DNA of 64,000 nt from a virus, in the IMG/VR virus record IMGVR_UViG_3300020182_003555. One strand, given 5' to 3'. The notes beneath the pieces were generated by a model. It did not search any database. It saw only the letters and a list, made by a program, of their open reading frames with translations, and was not told where the DNA came from. Positions 48,556 through 58,287 of this stretch are shown in pieces (within the stretch, counting starts at the first letter, position 1; every line of letters begins with the position of its first letter). The position numbers and the translations under genes are program-made.

Positions 48556-49430
48556 CTATCAATTAATTCTATGTCGTGACACCAGTCTTCTTCGTTGTAT
48601 AGCGCGTCATACTTTCTGTAGCTAGATGTCCATATGTGATTTGGTAAATCGCGTATTCTTATTATGTCAAAATGTTTTTTCATTAGTTCTGTGCATTTTT
48701 TTTCATCTAGCACGCCAGCCCTTTTTAAGTTTTTGTCCCAAAAGCTTTCTATTATAGCTCGACACAGTAGCTGTTCTGGAAATTGAGATATCCTTTTTTT
48801 ATTACAAAGCTCTGTTGATAGTTTAAACACATCAAGCATCCTTGTTCGCTCTCCAGCTACAATATGATCGGATGGGTGGAATTTGTTCTGCCTTGAGAAT
48901 CTAAAATAGATATTCGAAGTTATTATTTTAAACCATTGATATTCTCCGTTTTTTTTATTTATGTGAGAGTTGTTTATTAATTTTGATATGAATGGCTCTA
49001 GGGTTGGGTAACTCTCGTCAGATCTAACTTTTATGCAAAAGAAACCTGTCGCCTTTTTGATTCCGCTTAATGTCGTTATGTTTTGGTATATCCATGGGGC
49101 TTGTTTTCCTGGCTTTTTATTTTTAACTTTTACGTTTTTATATTTATTGACTACGATTTTTATTTTATCTTTGTAATTATCTAGTCTTGATAGGTCATCT
49201 GTGTCCCAACAACTTACTATAACTTCTCCGTAGCGTAAATAGTTATTGATGGTGCTTATTGATCTTTCGTGAAGTGGTCCTTGTATTATTATTGATACTG
49301 TTCTTTCGAGCTGTTCGAATCTTTTTAATATTCCTTTTTGTAGCGATATCGAAAAATTAGTAAAACTTGAAACGAAACTTAGTTCTTGCCCTTCCTTGTT
49401 TTTTAATTTGTGTGGGTTCCATTCGTTCAT
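48552..49430 (-). CDS. wavE: WavE-like lipopolysaccharide synthesis protein
   Basis: SIIIQGP, EVIVSCW, CIKVRSD, FHPSDHIVAG. Confidence 0.7.
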   Translation of the reverse strand: MNEWNPHKLKNKEGQELSFVSSFTNFSISLQKGILKRFEQLERTVSIIIQGPLHERSISTINNYLRYGEVIVSCWDTDDLSRLDNYKDKIKIVVNKYKNVKVKNKKPGKQAPWIYQNITTLSGIKKATGFFCIKVRSDESYPTLEPFISKLINNSHINKKNGEYQWFKIITSNIYFRFSRQNKFHPSDHIVAGERTRMLDVFKLSTELCNKKRISQFPEQLLCRAIIESFWDKNLKRAGVLDEKKCTELMKKHFDIIRIRDLPNHIWTSSYRKYDALYNEEDWCHDIELIDS

Positions 49431-49849
49431 TTTAAATAATCAGAACATAAGCCAAAGCATGGAGGCCCCGCATACCGCCTTGCATCATCTACAACCAAAA
49501 CGCTTTTATTGCTGACCCTTTTTCCTGGATAGGTCCATATGAAATTTTTAGAAGTTAACGTAAAGTCGTCTGACTCATGCCAAAAATAATTTAAAGTTCT
49601 AAACTGGCTAAGTAGGTCCATTGCTTCTAGGTTTTTACAATGAATCCATAAGTGTCTGAAGTTCTGAATGAGAAATTTTGTAGGACACGGAGTTTCTGGG
49701 TTATCATGCCCGAGCCATAATTGCTTATCTGCCCAGATGTCAATTTCGACATCAAATCCTAGTTCTAGAGCTTCCTCTATGTAACTTATTGAGTTTTCTC
49801 TTTTTTCGTTAGGGCCAGTAATGTTACCCCTGTGGGATATTAATATCAT
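49427..49849 (-). CDS. short glycerophosphodiester phosphodiesterase-like protein
   Basis: ISHRGN, EN...I..AL..GFDVEIDIW, LWLGHD, LWIHCKN. Confidence 0.75.
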   Translation of the reverse strand: MILISHRGNITGPNEKRENSISYIEEALELGFDVEIDIWADKQLWLGHDNPETPCPTKFLIQNFRHLWIHCKNLEAMDLLSQFRTLNYFWHESDDFTLTSKNFIWTYPGKRVSNKSVLVVDDARRYAGPPCFGLCSDYLK

Positions 49850-51206
49850 ATTTTAAGAAAGTTTCTAGATCCTCTGGAGTTCCTAGCCCCCACATCTTTT
49901 CAATATGGAACGTTTTTACTCTAGCTCCATTCAATAAAGCTTCGTTATATACTGGGCATACGTAGAATTCATTATTGACTCTAATATTTTTTTCTATCAT
50001 CTGTTCTGCTGATTTTACGTAATCAGAGCCTTTTCTCCAGAAGTATATACCAACAGTTGCATGTTCGCTGATGGGTTTCTTTTCTGCTACTTCAATCACG
50101 AATCCGTCATCATTTAATTTTGCGTAACTCCACTTGGGGTGAGTTGAGTGAAATGTTAAAATGGACGCATCGATGTCGTCTGCCATAGATGAGTACATGA
50201 ATTGATTACTGTCCCACTGTACATACTGATCGGAGTTTGCTAGAACTAATGGTTGATTATTGTTGATAAACTCTTTAGCTAAAAGCGTCGTGCATGCCGC
50301 TCCCTCGGTTAAGCCTTCTACTTGAACTATTTCGCAGTTTGGAGAAATTAAATTTAAAGTATGCTTTAGGGAGTATTTTTCGTAATGTTCTTTTTGTACA
50401 ATAAAGATATGCTTGGCGTCGATATTTAAGTTTTCGACAACTCTTTGTATCATAGGTTTTCCATCAACATCAATTAGGGGCTTAGGGAAAGTATAACCTG
50501 CTTGCTCGAATCTGGACCCTGCTCCAGCCATAGGAATGAGTACGTTCATTTTACCTCCTTGCCATTTGGGTGAAATTGATGATGTTTTTTCTGCACTTAG
50601 TATAGTATTGTTTACCTTAGTAAATGTCAAGTCATTAGAATCCGTAACAGCGCATAAATGAGCTCCACTTCTTATTGCCCCCTTTCTTCCAATATGAGAA
50701 TCTTCAATAATTACGGTTTCATCAGGGTTGACTTGAGCCTTAATCATGCACTGCATATAAATTTCTGCATTAGGCTTTGGTAGGCAAACATCTTCGTTTG
50801 AGTATAGAAAGTCTATATATTCAAAGAAACCTTTTCTTATCAACATTAATTTTGATGTCTCTCTAATTGAGTTTGTCGCGCAAGCAATGGTATACCCTTG
50901 GTTTTTTAATTTTTTAATAATATCCCTTATGCGGTGGTCTATTTTATACGCATCTATAACTTCTAATGTTTTCTGTTGTTTTAGTTGCCAAATTTTATTG
51001 TGATATTCTTTGGGTAAACCTTTTTCATTTGTTAGCTTTTTTAATTTTTGCGTAGTTGTCAATGCATCATACTTGCATAGATGTTCTTCTTTACTAATTA
51101 CATATTGTTCGCCGATTTCTGCTAAAGCTTTATTTAAGGCGATAAAATGTAGATCGCGAGATTCAACTAGCACTCCATCTAAATCAAATATTATTAATTT
51201 AATCAT
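49824..51206 (-). CDS. HAD phosphatase fused to a sugar-phosphate nucleotidyltransferase
   Basis: IFDLDGVL and IIEDS.IG (HAD); IPMAGAGSRF...PKPLI.V.GKPMI and MWGLGTPEDL (NTP transferase). Confidence 0.88.
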   Translation of the reverse strand: MIKLIIFDLDGVLVESRDLHFIALNKALAEIGEQYVISKEEHLCKYDALTTTQKLKKLTNEKGLPKEYHNKIWQLKQQKTLEVIDAYKIDHRIRDIIKKLKNQGYTIACATNSIRETSKLMLIRKGFFEYIDFLYSNEDVCLPKPNAEIYMQCMIKAQVNPDETVIIEDSHIGRKGAIRSGAHLCAVTDSNDLTFTKVNNTILSAEKTSSISPKWQGGKMNVLIPMAGAGSRFEQAGYTFPKPLIDVDGKPMIQRVVENLNIDAKHIFIVQKEHYEKYSLKHTLNLISPNCEIVQVEGLTEGAACTTLLAKEFINNNQPLVLANSDQYVQWDSNQFMYSSMADDIDASILTFHSTHPKWSYAKLNDDGFVIEVAEKKPISEHATVGIYFWRKGSDYVKSAEQMIEKNIRVNNEFYVCPVYNEALLNGARVKTFHIEKMWGLGTPEDLETFLKYDINIPQG

Positions 51207-51894
51207 TTATATAAGTTAAATATTTTTTCCAATCATCATGTATTCTAATGTCATATTTTCCTTGATGATCCATGAATAAATGGCTTTCTATTTTATTATA
51301 AAGCGCCCAATATAAAAGTATACTATTGAAGCCTATAAATTTTTTGCTTTGACTAATAACTTTAAGTGTTCCTTTGAGAGAAGATTTTCCACTAAAACTT
51401 TTACCGAATGGGGGATTAGTTTCTTCTATGCCGACCCAGCAAACTTTATTTTTATTAAAATTAAAATTGTTCAAATATTGTAGTATTGGTCTTTTACTAA
51501 TATGGCGTTTCTTACCTTCGTTTTTCATTCCTCCATTTACTTGTATGCATAAGTCATATTTTTTATCAACTGTATTATTTATGTATGAATTTTTAAAACC
51601 TTCGTCAATACAAGGTTGCCAGTGAAAATCTTTAGGTGGGCATTTGATTTGGCCATGAGCGCATACATTAAAGCATTTATTGAATTTGTAATAATTCGTT
51701 TGCCACCAGTGTCTTAAGTTGGGGGCGTGTATTAATTGATGATTTATATTAAATATATTTAACAGATCGCCGCACATTAATAATTTTTCTTTAGTTGATT
51801 CTATATGAAAATATTTATAATTACATTTTTGTTCTAATAATTTTAATATTATAATTAAGCAGTCGCCAACTCCCCCGTAACCTAGGAAGTTCAT
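51199..51894 (-). CDS. GT9-like glycosyltransferase (short)
   Basis: N-terminal GGVGD; SGKSSLKGTLKVI...FIGFNS. Confidence 0.55.
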   Translation of the reverse strand: MNFLGYGGVGDCLIIILKLLEQKCNYKYFHIESTKEKLLMCGDLLNIFNINHQLIHAPNLRHWWQTNYYKFNKCFNVCAHGQIKCPPKDFHWQPCIDEGFKNSYINNTVDKKYDLCIQVNGGMKNEGKKRHISKRPILQYLNNFNFNKNKVCWVGIEETNPPFGKSFSGKSSLKGTLKVISQSKKFIGFNSILLYWALYNKIESHLFMDHQGKYDIRIHDDWKKYLTYIND

Positions 51895-52514
51895 TATTTA
51901 GGAATGTTTTCTACTCTTGTTAGGCCTAAGAATTTTTTTTCATATCCTCGCGTGCTTTTGTAGCCAAAAAAACGTTTTTCGAATTTTAGATTATATGGAG
52001 ATAAGCTAAGGTTGTGCTGGCAGGCATTAGCTTTTCTTGATTTATAGTCTTGTATCGAGTGATCAAAGCTTGTGACTATAAGCCATTTGGTTTTGCTGGA
52101 AATTAGTTTTTCGAGAAATGAAAATATGTCTTCGTTTGAAAGATGGAAAAGTACGTCTCTGCAAATAAATAAATCACAATAAGGAATATTATCGTGGCAT
52201 GCATCTAGTTGTTTAAATTTTATATTATTTTTAGCGTTAGTCTTATTTATCTTGTCTAGGCAGGATTCTGATATATCTATACCTAAGTAATCTCCCGTAT
52301 AATTTTTTAGAAATTTATGTTGCCATGAGAAATCTCCGCAGATATCAATTATTGATTGTATGTTTTTTGTTGAAATTACATCTGAAATAAACTCGGAGTC
52401 ATGATTTGTGAAAGAATCGCTAGAGCCTCTTCCTGATAAAGTGTTTCCATGTTTGCCCCAAAGTTGTTTTTTGTAGATTTCTTCAAAATGATTTTTTCTT
52501 TCTGTTGTGTTCAT
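51894..52514 (-). CDS. class I SAM-dependent methyltransferase
   Basis: SGRGS, IIDICGDF.W, YLGIDI, DLFICRDVLFHL. Confidence 0.75.
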   Translation of the reverse strand: MNTTERKNHFEEIYKKQLWGKHGNTLSGRGSSDSFTNHDSEFISDVISTKNIQSIIDICGDFSWQHKFLKNYTGDYLGIDISESCLDKINKTNAKNNIKFKQLDACHDNIPYCDLFICRDVLFHLSNEDIFSFLEKLISSKTKWLIVTSFDHSIQDYKSRKANACQHNLSLSPYNLKFEKRFFGYKSTRGYEKKFLGLTRVENIPK

Positions 52515-52515
52515 T

Positions 52516-53196
52516 TTATATTCCCACCCAATCTTTTTTTAAATATACATATTGTTCTTTGTTTGGAAATAATTCCACATATTCTTTAGTTTTGCCTCTT
52601 GGTATGTTTTTTGGGTTTGGTTCGATGTGCATCAATATTTTTTTTTGATATTGTAGTATTCTAGGAACCAAGTGTTCTGTTAGGAAATATTCATCTGCGC
52701 CAAATTCTGAAAGAGGATCTTTATATTTATTTATTAAGTCTGTAATTTTAAAAGGTAGATTGCGACCACCGAAACAGCCTGCCATGTAGTATCTTCTATT
52801 TTTTCTATTCCAGGCGGAGAGTCTGTCGTGAGCAAGCCATACAAAATGCAATAGATGATCTGTTTTTAACCACTCATTGATGGATATGATATCATTCTGT
52901 TGTATCTGAAAATCTAAATCTCTGCATACTGCTACATCGCAATCGTCTAGCGCCAGAAATCTCCAAAAGCAACCCTCTCTACCTTTTCCTTTTGGCATTT
53001 TTATACATTCAGTATTATTAATTGACTCAACAGATTTAATTATATTTAAAGGAGCTGTGTCATCAAAATACAATCTAAATTTCCAATCAGGCATATTCTC
53101 TGATACAAATTTAGCGTTTCTTGGTGCGCCTAATGCATATTTGTGATAGGCCACTGGCCTATTGCCGAATAAACATGTTGATATTACTTTTTTCAT
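52516..53196 (-). CDS. putative glycosyltransferase-like protein
   Basis: VIS..LFG, Y..GA..NA, W.FRLY.D, G.FWRFL, RDLD (DxD); embedded in the glycan cluster. Confidence 0.45.
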   Translation of the reverse strand: MKKVISTCLFGNRPVAYHKYALGAPRNAKFVSENMPDWKFRLYFDDTAPLNIIKSVESINNTECIKMPKGKGREGCFWRFLALDDCDVAVCRDLDFQIQQNDIISINEWLKTDHLLHFVWLAHDRLSAWNRKNRRYYMAGCFGGRNLPFKITDLINKYKDPLSEFGADEYFLTEHLVPRILQYQKKILMHIEPNPKNIPRGKTKEYVELFPNKEQYVYLKKDWVGI

Positions 53197-53729
53197 TTTT
53201 TAGATAAAGCTACCAAGCACTGTCCTGAATTAATTTCTTTTATTATTTTATACTTCTCTAGGACTGACCTGTAATGAGTTCTACAAGGGTGCCAGTCATG
53301 AATAAAGATGATGCAGTCATTATCTATAAAATCGTACATATACCTAGCACACTGAGGTCTGGCTCTACCATCTATAAGAATCCTGGATGGCGGTTTTTGT
53401 ATCTTAGATCCTGTTTCGATATATTCTTTGTAGGCGTGGTACATTTTAGTTGTATATAATTGATCCCATTTTGTTGCGTGTTTTTGATCTGGATCATCAG
53501 GTCTAACAACAGGCACACAGTGCATTGTTACGTTTTTGGGCATGATCTTTTCCACGGAATTAGCCCAAGATTCATCTGATTCAACGCTGTAATACTCTTT
53601 TACATAATTAGGGAAGAACATTGTGCTTCCTCCACAGCCATACTCAAGCATTATGTCATCTTTGTTAAGGAAACTTAATATTAAATTAATCTCCTGTTTC
53701 GACATCCATGGTTGATTTGGGATATTCAT
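53193..53729 (-). CDS. class I SAM-dependent (polysaccharide O-) methyltransferase
   Basis: MLEYGCGGST, SVESD..W, ILIDGRAR..C, IFIHD. Confidence 0.75.
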   Translation of the reverse strand: MNIPNQPWMSKQEINLILSFLNKDDIMLEYGCGGSTMFFPNYVKEYYSVESDESWANSVEKIMPKNVTMHCVPVVRPDDPDQKHATKWDQLYTTKMYHAYKEYIETGSKIQKPPSRILIDGRARPQCARYMYDFIDNDCIIFIHDWHPCRTHYRSVLEKYKIIKEINSGQCLVALSKK

Positions 53730-54628
53730 TTTAAATATTTGTTTTTCATGTGAGTTTTTATTTCATCAAAAACATCATCATTCCATAGAAATTCTGGTTG
53801 AAATTTAGTGAATATGTCTTGATCTGACCAGCCTGCACTTTTGAAGTTATCTGGGCGACTATGCTCTCCGATTTCGCCTATATATTTAAAATTATTTGTA
53901 AAAGTAGATATTTTGATCATACCTCTTGCTGCGAAAGCTGCAGATGTGCATGAGTCTTGACTTGAAACTATTTTATTAGGGTCAGCTCCGATTGATGACA
54001 TTAAGTTTAAGATTTCTCCATGCGGTCTAAATCGATATTCTTGTGGTAACAAATTCCAGTAAGACTCTAGTATGTCATATATTCTTTCGTAGGAAGATTT
54101 TCTCATGGCATATGCCCAAAGATGATCCATTAATATTATCTTATCTTTATTATTTTCTTGTTCTTGTAATGAAACTTTATTGTCTTGCTCTCCAGAATAA
54201 TTAATGTATGAATATCTATGAGTTTTTTTTGACCTATGATGTTCGCCAAAGCAATTTATCATCGCGATTCTTTCGTCATCCCTGAATTTATCAATTAAAA
54301 AATCTAATTGTTGTATATAGTAAGGTTGTAAAACCGAGTCGTCTTCTATTAAAATTAAGAAATCATTATCTTTAAAAACTAATTCTCTAGCGTACTTCAT
54401 TATTTTAGCCACACCTTGATTTGATTTAGCAATAATAGTCTCACAATGAGGTATAATTTCTTTCGATAAATTAAGTGAGGCTTGAATCAGCTCTATATCT
54501 TCCTTGAATCTTGGTCCATCTATAACACAATAAACTTTTCTATCCCAACATTGACTTGATAAAGATTCTAGAACTTTTTTGAAGTAGTCGGGTCTATTGT
54601 AGGCGGTTAGTACAATCGGTGTTTTCAT
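53726..54628 (-). CDS. GT-A (GT2-like) glycosyltransferase
   Basis: LTAYNRPDY, IDGP, NQGV, LILIEDD. Confidence 0.75.
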   Translation of the reverse strand: MKTPIVLTAYNRPDYFKKVLESLSSQCWDRKVYCVIDGPRFKEDIELIQASLNLSKEIIPHCETIIAKSNQGVAKIMKYARELVFKDNDFLILIEDDSVLQPYYIQQLDFLIDKFRDDERIAMINCFGEHHRSKKTHRYSYINYSGEQDNKVSLQEQENNKDKIILMDHLWAYAMRKSSYERIYDILESYWNLLPQEYRFRPHGEILNLMSSIGADPNKIVSSQDSCTSAAFAARGMIKISTFTNNFKYIGEIGEHSRPDNFKSAGWSDQDIFTKFQPEFLWNDDVFDEIKTHMKNKYLK

Positions 54629-55416
54629 TTTGAGATGATAGAGTTATGCCCTTGGTTTCTCCATTTTTTTCCTTCTTTACATAAAATAGTATTAATATTT
54701 CCAAAGGAGTTCGTTCCTGTTAGTTGCTTGTATTTGCAGTTTTGCAAGTTTAGACATATAGTCATAACTGACTCTGGCACTTTTATCATGTAATCGGGGT
54801 AACCCTCGTCCCATAGAAAATTTATAGCTTGTTTTACTCTACTTAAGCTATCCATATATTTGAACATTTGATCTGGGTGGCCAATTGCTATTTGATCATT
54901 TATTTGATTGGGTAATGATGCTTTATCGTAAATAAAACTGAATGAAAAATTTTTCTTAGATTCTTCTTCGTGATTGTATATATTGTCGCTTTCAAACAAG
55001 GGTAATCTTATTAATTTATTTTTAATGCAATCTTTTACTTCATGCATTTTAATTTGTTCTAGAACTTCAATATCTGGTCTTAGCCTGATTACTAGGTCGT
55101 ATTGTGTTTTATTTTTTATTAAATGCTCGTTTAATATCGAGTTAACTGCTTTGATCCCCGCTAGCATCGGGATTAATCCGGTGTTTGGTTGTTGAGGGAA
55201 ATTATCTTTAGGGTTTATTAGAGACATTGTCTCTCTGAAGTTTAAGGCTTTCCATTTTTTTGGCTTATAGTAATCTATGAATTCCGGGTAGGGTTCGTCA
55301 TTCCAGGTTGATAGGAAAATATCAGGTTTGAGTGGTAATATTATATTATCAAAGATAGATTCTCGGCATATTTCCCAATCACCTAGTTTTCCGCTAAAAC
55401 ATAATGCAGTCTTCAT
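54625..55416 (-). CDS. uncharacterised polysaccharide-locus protein, putative glycosyltransferase
   Basis: ALCFSG, DIFLSTW, YDLVIRLRPD, NDQIAIG. Confidence 0.55.
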   Translation of the reverse strand: MKTALCFSGKLGDWEICRESIFDNIILPLKPDIFLSTWNDEPYPEFIDYYKPKKWKALNFRETMSLINPKDNFPQQPNTGLIPMLAGIKAVNSILNEHLIKNKTQYDLVIRLRPDIEVLEQIKMHEVKDCIKNKLIRLPLFESDNIYNHEEESKKNFSFSFIYDKASLPNQINDQIAIGHPDQMFKYMDSLSRVKQAINFLWDEGYPDYMIKVPESVMTICLNLQNCKYKQLTGTNSFGNINTILCKEGKKWRNQGHNSIISK

Positions 55417-56363
55417 TCTGTTATATATTCAATTATATCCCTTTGCGCTACCAATTTTTCAATATTATCTAGCAAAAAGGGGTATAATCTATAGGCGGGG
55501 TTCCTTAATGTATTCTTGATTATTTGACTTGCACTCTTTACGTCATAGTGAAGCGGGAAAACAAATTTTTCATTGAATAGCCACCTAATTAGATATGAAT
55601 ATTGTGCTACCCCGTATGATTCGGAGTATTTTGAGAATGTAAAAGTTGGTTTGCCATAATGGTAGGGTATGAATCTTATTCCCGAGTCAATTCCAAAGGC
55701 TGCAATACATTTGCTTGATATGAAGAATATTTCTTTTAAGGACGCATTGATGAAATGTAGTCTGGGGTTTTCTTCTTTGATAAGGTCTTTGTATTTATGC
55801 TTGGAGTTTTCATCCATAAGTATGACCACATCAAAGTCCAAGGAGATGTTATTTAAGAGTTTATCAATATACCAATCTTCCATATTCGAATCTGCCCCAT
55901 CTCTAGCGTAAAGATGTGACATTATGAATCTTTCTGGAAGATCTATTTTTGAGTTTATTTGGCATTCTGGTTTTGGAAAAAAATTAAATCTTTTAAACCA
56001 GTCAAAATCATAATTTAACCATTCTAATGAATCGATATGTAAATCATAAAATTTATCATATTCTTTATTCATTTTGTTGAATATGTTATCGGGTACATTC
56101 TTTATATTGCCGATGTGATCTTCATCTGGAAAATTGGATGATTTTATTTTAAATGTTTTGTATTTTTTTTCTTTAATGATGAATGTTTCATTAAAATGAG
56201 AAGGCCACATTTTATTAAGTATCTTTGATTGACTCTCGCTTCCTTGTGTGTCTGAGAATAAATCTATAGAGCAATCTGGGTAAAGCTCCTTTATTGCGGG
56301 AACAAAACGATTTGCCGCAAAATGGTCTCCTAGCCCTCCCTCCATTCTTACTGATACCTTCAC
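55413..56363 (-). CDS. GT9-like glycosyltransferase
   Basis: GGLGD..AA..F.PAIKELYPD; FGIDSG..F. Confidence 0.65.
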   Translation of the reverse strand: MKVSVRMEGGLGDHFAANRFVPAIKELYPDCSIDLFSDTQGSESQSKILNKMWPSHFNETFIIKEKKYKTFKIKSSNFPDEDHIGNIKNVPDNIFNKMNKEYDKFYDLHIDSLEWLNYDFDWFKRFNFFPKPECQINSKIDLPERFIMSHLYARDGADSNMEDWYIDKLLNNISLDFDVVILMDENSKHKYKDLIKEENPRLHFINASLKEIFFISSKCIAAFGIDSGIRFIPYHYGKPTFTFSKYSESYGVAQYSYLIRWLFNEKFVFPLHYDVKSASQIIKNTLRNPAYRLYPFLLDNIEKLVAQRDIIEYITE

Positions 56364-56674
56364 TGTCTACTGCCTCTTATTATTACGTTATCTCCGCCGA
56401 GTACTACAGTAGTTAACTGGGTTAATGTTTTATTGCAAGTTTTTTTTCTTTTGATATGCTTGGCCTTGGCTAACCTGTTAAGACTTCCTGATATTTTTCC
56501 GTATGACATTCCCCCAAGATCCAACCCTATTCTTTCGTTAGAAAAAAAGATTGGCTTTCCGTGGGACGCCTTGGAAACAAGATAGTTATATACAACTAAA
56601 TCATTACCAATTAAGTTTCCATTGATAATATCTTCTTGTACAACGACTGGAATTTGTGTGAATTTTTTCATCAT
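56360..56674 (-). CDS. winged helix-turn-helix DNA-binding protein
   Basis: VYNYL...FSNERIG.DL..SY.KIS..L..L...HI.R; start reassigned to ATG 56674, downstream of the promoter. Confidence 0.6.
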   Translation of the reverse strand: MMKKFTQIPVVVQEDIINGNLIGNDLVVYNYLVSKASHGKPIFFSNERIGLDLGGMSYGKISGSLNRLAKAKHIKRKKTCNKTLTQLTTVVLGGDNVIIRGSRQ

Positions 56675-56679
56675 GTTTG

Positions 56680-56708
56680 ATAATATCATAAAAGCTTACT
56701 TTTGTCAA
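56680..56708 (-). promoter_or_regulatory. sigma70-type promoter with extended -10
   Basis: TTGACA (56708-56703), 17 nt, TGnTATTAT (56685-56680). Confidence 0.75.
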
Positions 56709-56811
56709 GCAACATTCAAAAAACTGTACATGCGACATACAATTAATTGTACAATGTTAATAATATAGATATACATTAATATATTTTTTTAATATTATAT
56801 AAATATAAGAA

Positions 56812-56840
56812 TTGACAAATTGTATAGATGGTGATATAGT
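56812..56840 (+). promoter_or_regulatory. sigma70-type promoter with extended -10
   Basis: TTGACA (56812-56817), 17 nt, TGnTATAGT (56835-56840); predicted start site is the ATG at 56847. Confidence 0.8.
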
Positions 56841-56846
56841 AGTTGA

Positions 56847-57143
56847 ATGAAGTTTTTAGATTTAAGTGATGGAAGGTTCTTTTTAGTAAAGTGCTCAGAC
56901 TGGTCGGTAATCACCGAAGCCTCGAGCGAAACAGAGGCGTGTACCTCTGCATTAACTGAAATGTTGGACAAGTCGGGCAAAGACTTAAAATTATCTTCAG
57001 TTATGGTAACACAAGAATTAATACCAGATGTAATGGACGAAAGGTATGATGATCCGGTATCCTACCATTCAGTTTCTAGGATGCTGGCCAATGCGGGAAT
57101 GCATGACTTATCCTCAAGCATGAAGCATATATTCGGAGCGTAA
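56847..57143 (+). CDS. hypothetical protein
   Basis: 98 aa ORF directly after a strong promoter. Confidence 0.65.
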   Translation: MKFLDLSDGRFFLVKCSDWSVITEASSETEACTSALTEMLDKSGKDLKLSSVMVTQELIPDVMDERYDDPVSYHSVSRMLANAGMHDLSSSMKHIFGA

Positions 57144-57145
57144 AT

Positions 57146-57694
57146 ATGAAACTTATAGGTATATGCGGTTTAGCTAGGTGCGGGAAGGACACTTTTTTTG
57201 AAATATCAAAAAGTATATTAAGAGAGAAAGGCTCAGAGGCTAAGAAGTTTGCTTTCGCTGATTCCCTAAAGTTGGAATGCGACGAGCTACTAGGGAAATA
57301 TACTAATATATCATCCTTTACTGAGAAGGACGAGGAAAAGAAGATGATTAGACCGCTTCTTGTGGCTTATGGCACAAACATAAGAAGAAAGCTTAACGAG
57401 AACTGCTGGATAGAAAAAATAGAAGAAGAGGTTCTTAAAAATTTGAACCTGGGCAAAGTCGTATTTATTACGGATGTAAGGTTTGAAAATGAAATAGACT
57501 GGATACATAGAATGGGAGGAAAAACGGTACACATAACCAGAGAGGGTACCGCGCCCCCTAATCTAGACGAAGAAATTAACAATCCCATACTCAAGCGTAA
57601 ATCTAATATACGCATAACTTGCAATAATTTCCCTGACAAATATATAGATAAACTTAGAAATACAGTAGAGTTAGCTTTACAATCAATTTTATGA
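57146..57694 (+). CDS. deoxynucleoside monophosphate kinase
   Basis: IGICGLARCGKDT P-loop, FADSLK, ITDVRFENE. Confidence 0.85.
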   Translation: MKLIGICGLARCGKDTFFEISKSILREKGSEAKKFAFADSLKLECDELLGKYTNISSFTEKDEEKKMIRPLLVAYGTNIRRKLNENCWIEKIEEEVLKNLNLGKVVFITDVRFENEIDWIHRMGGKTVHITREGTAPPNLDEEINNPILKRKSNIRITCNNFPDKYIDKLRNTVELALQSIL

Positions 57695-58287
57695 ACGAAG
57701 AAACTACAGACTTAACTCTGATCGAGAACATACAGAATAATAAAAAACAAGAAGACAGCTTAAACGCCTTAGTGGAAAGGCATAGTGGAATTTACTTAGA
57801 AATGGTAAATTCTTATGCTAGTCCAAACAGCCCGTTTATTGATTACAATGATCTGGTTAACGATAAAGAATATAAAATTTACAGCGCCGCAATAAAATTT
57901 GACAAGACTAAAGGGGCAAAGTTTAGTACTTACCTAGGAAACGAAACAAAATGGATGTGCTTAAATATATACAATAAGAACAAAAGAAGACCAACATGGC
58001 ACTCAGACTACTTAGAAAATATACCTGAATCTCCAGACTTCCAATGCGACCCAATGTCCGCGAACGTCAAAAAAGATTTATTAAATAAAGTATTAAATGT
58101 AATAGATGAACATCCAGACAAAAGAGTAAAAAGAATTTTTAATATGAGATATATAATAGGACATAAAAATAAAGTAATGTCTTGGAAAAAAATAGGCATA
58201 GTAATGAAATTAAGTATACAAGGTTGTATAAATATACATAACTCTGCAATTAACAGCTTCAAGGAACAACTAAAGGAGGAAGTATGA
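57691..58287 (+). CDS. phage RNA polymerase sigma factor (sigma70 family, regions 2 and 4)
   Basis: L..LVERH, AAIKFDKTKGAKFSTYL (region 2.3), C-terminal HTH MSWKKIG..M.LS.Q. Confidence 0.85.
   Translation: MNEETTDLTLIENIQNNKKQEDSLNALVERHSGIYLEMVNSYASPNSPFIDYNDLVNDKEYKIYSAAIKFDKTKGAKFSTYLGNETKWMCLNIYNKNKRRPTWHSDYLENIPESPDFQCDPMSANVKKDLLNKVLNVIDEHPDKRVKRIFNMRYIIGHKNKVMSWKKIGIVMKLSIQGCINIHNSAINSFKEQLKEEV

Noticed and set aside
44801-56363. Cellular LPS/capsule locus, implying a host chromosome or prophage boundary
   Set aside because: No wzx/wzy, ABC exporter or housekeeping genes, no integrase or att-like boundary seen, and composition and promoter style match the flanking phage genes
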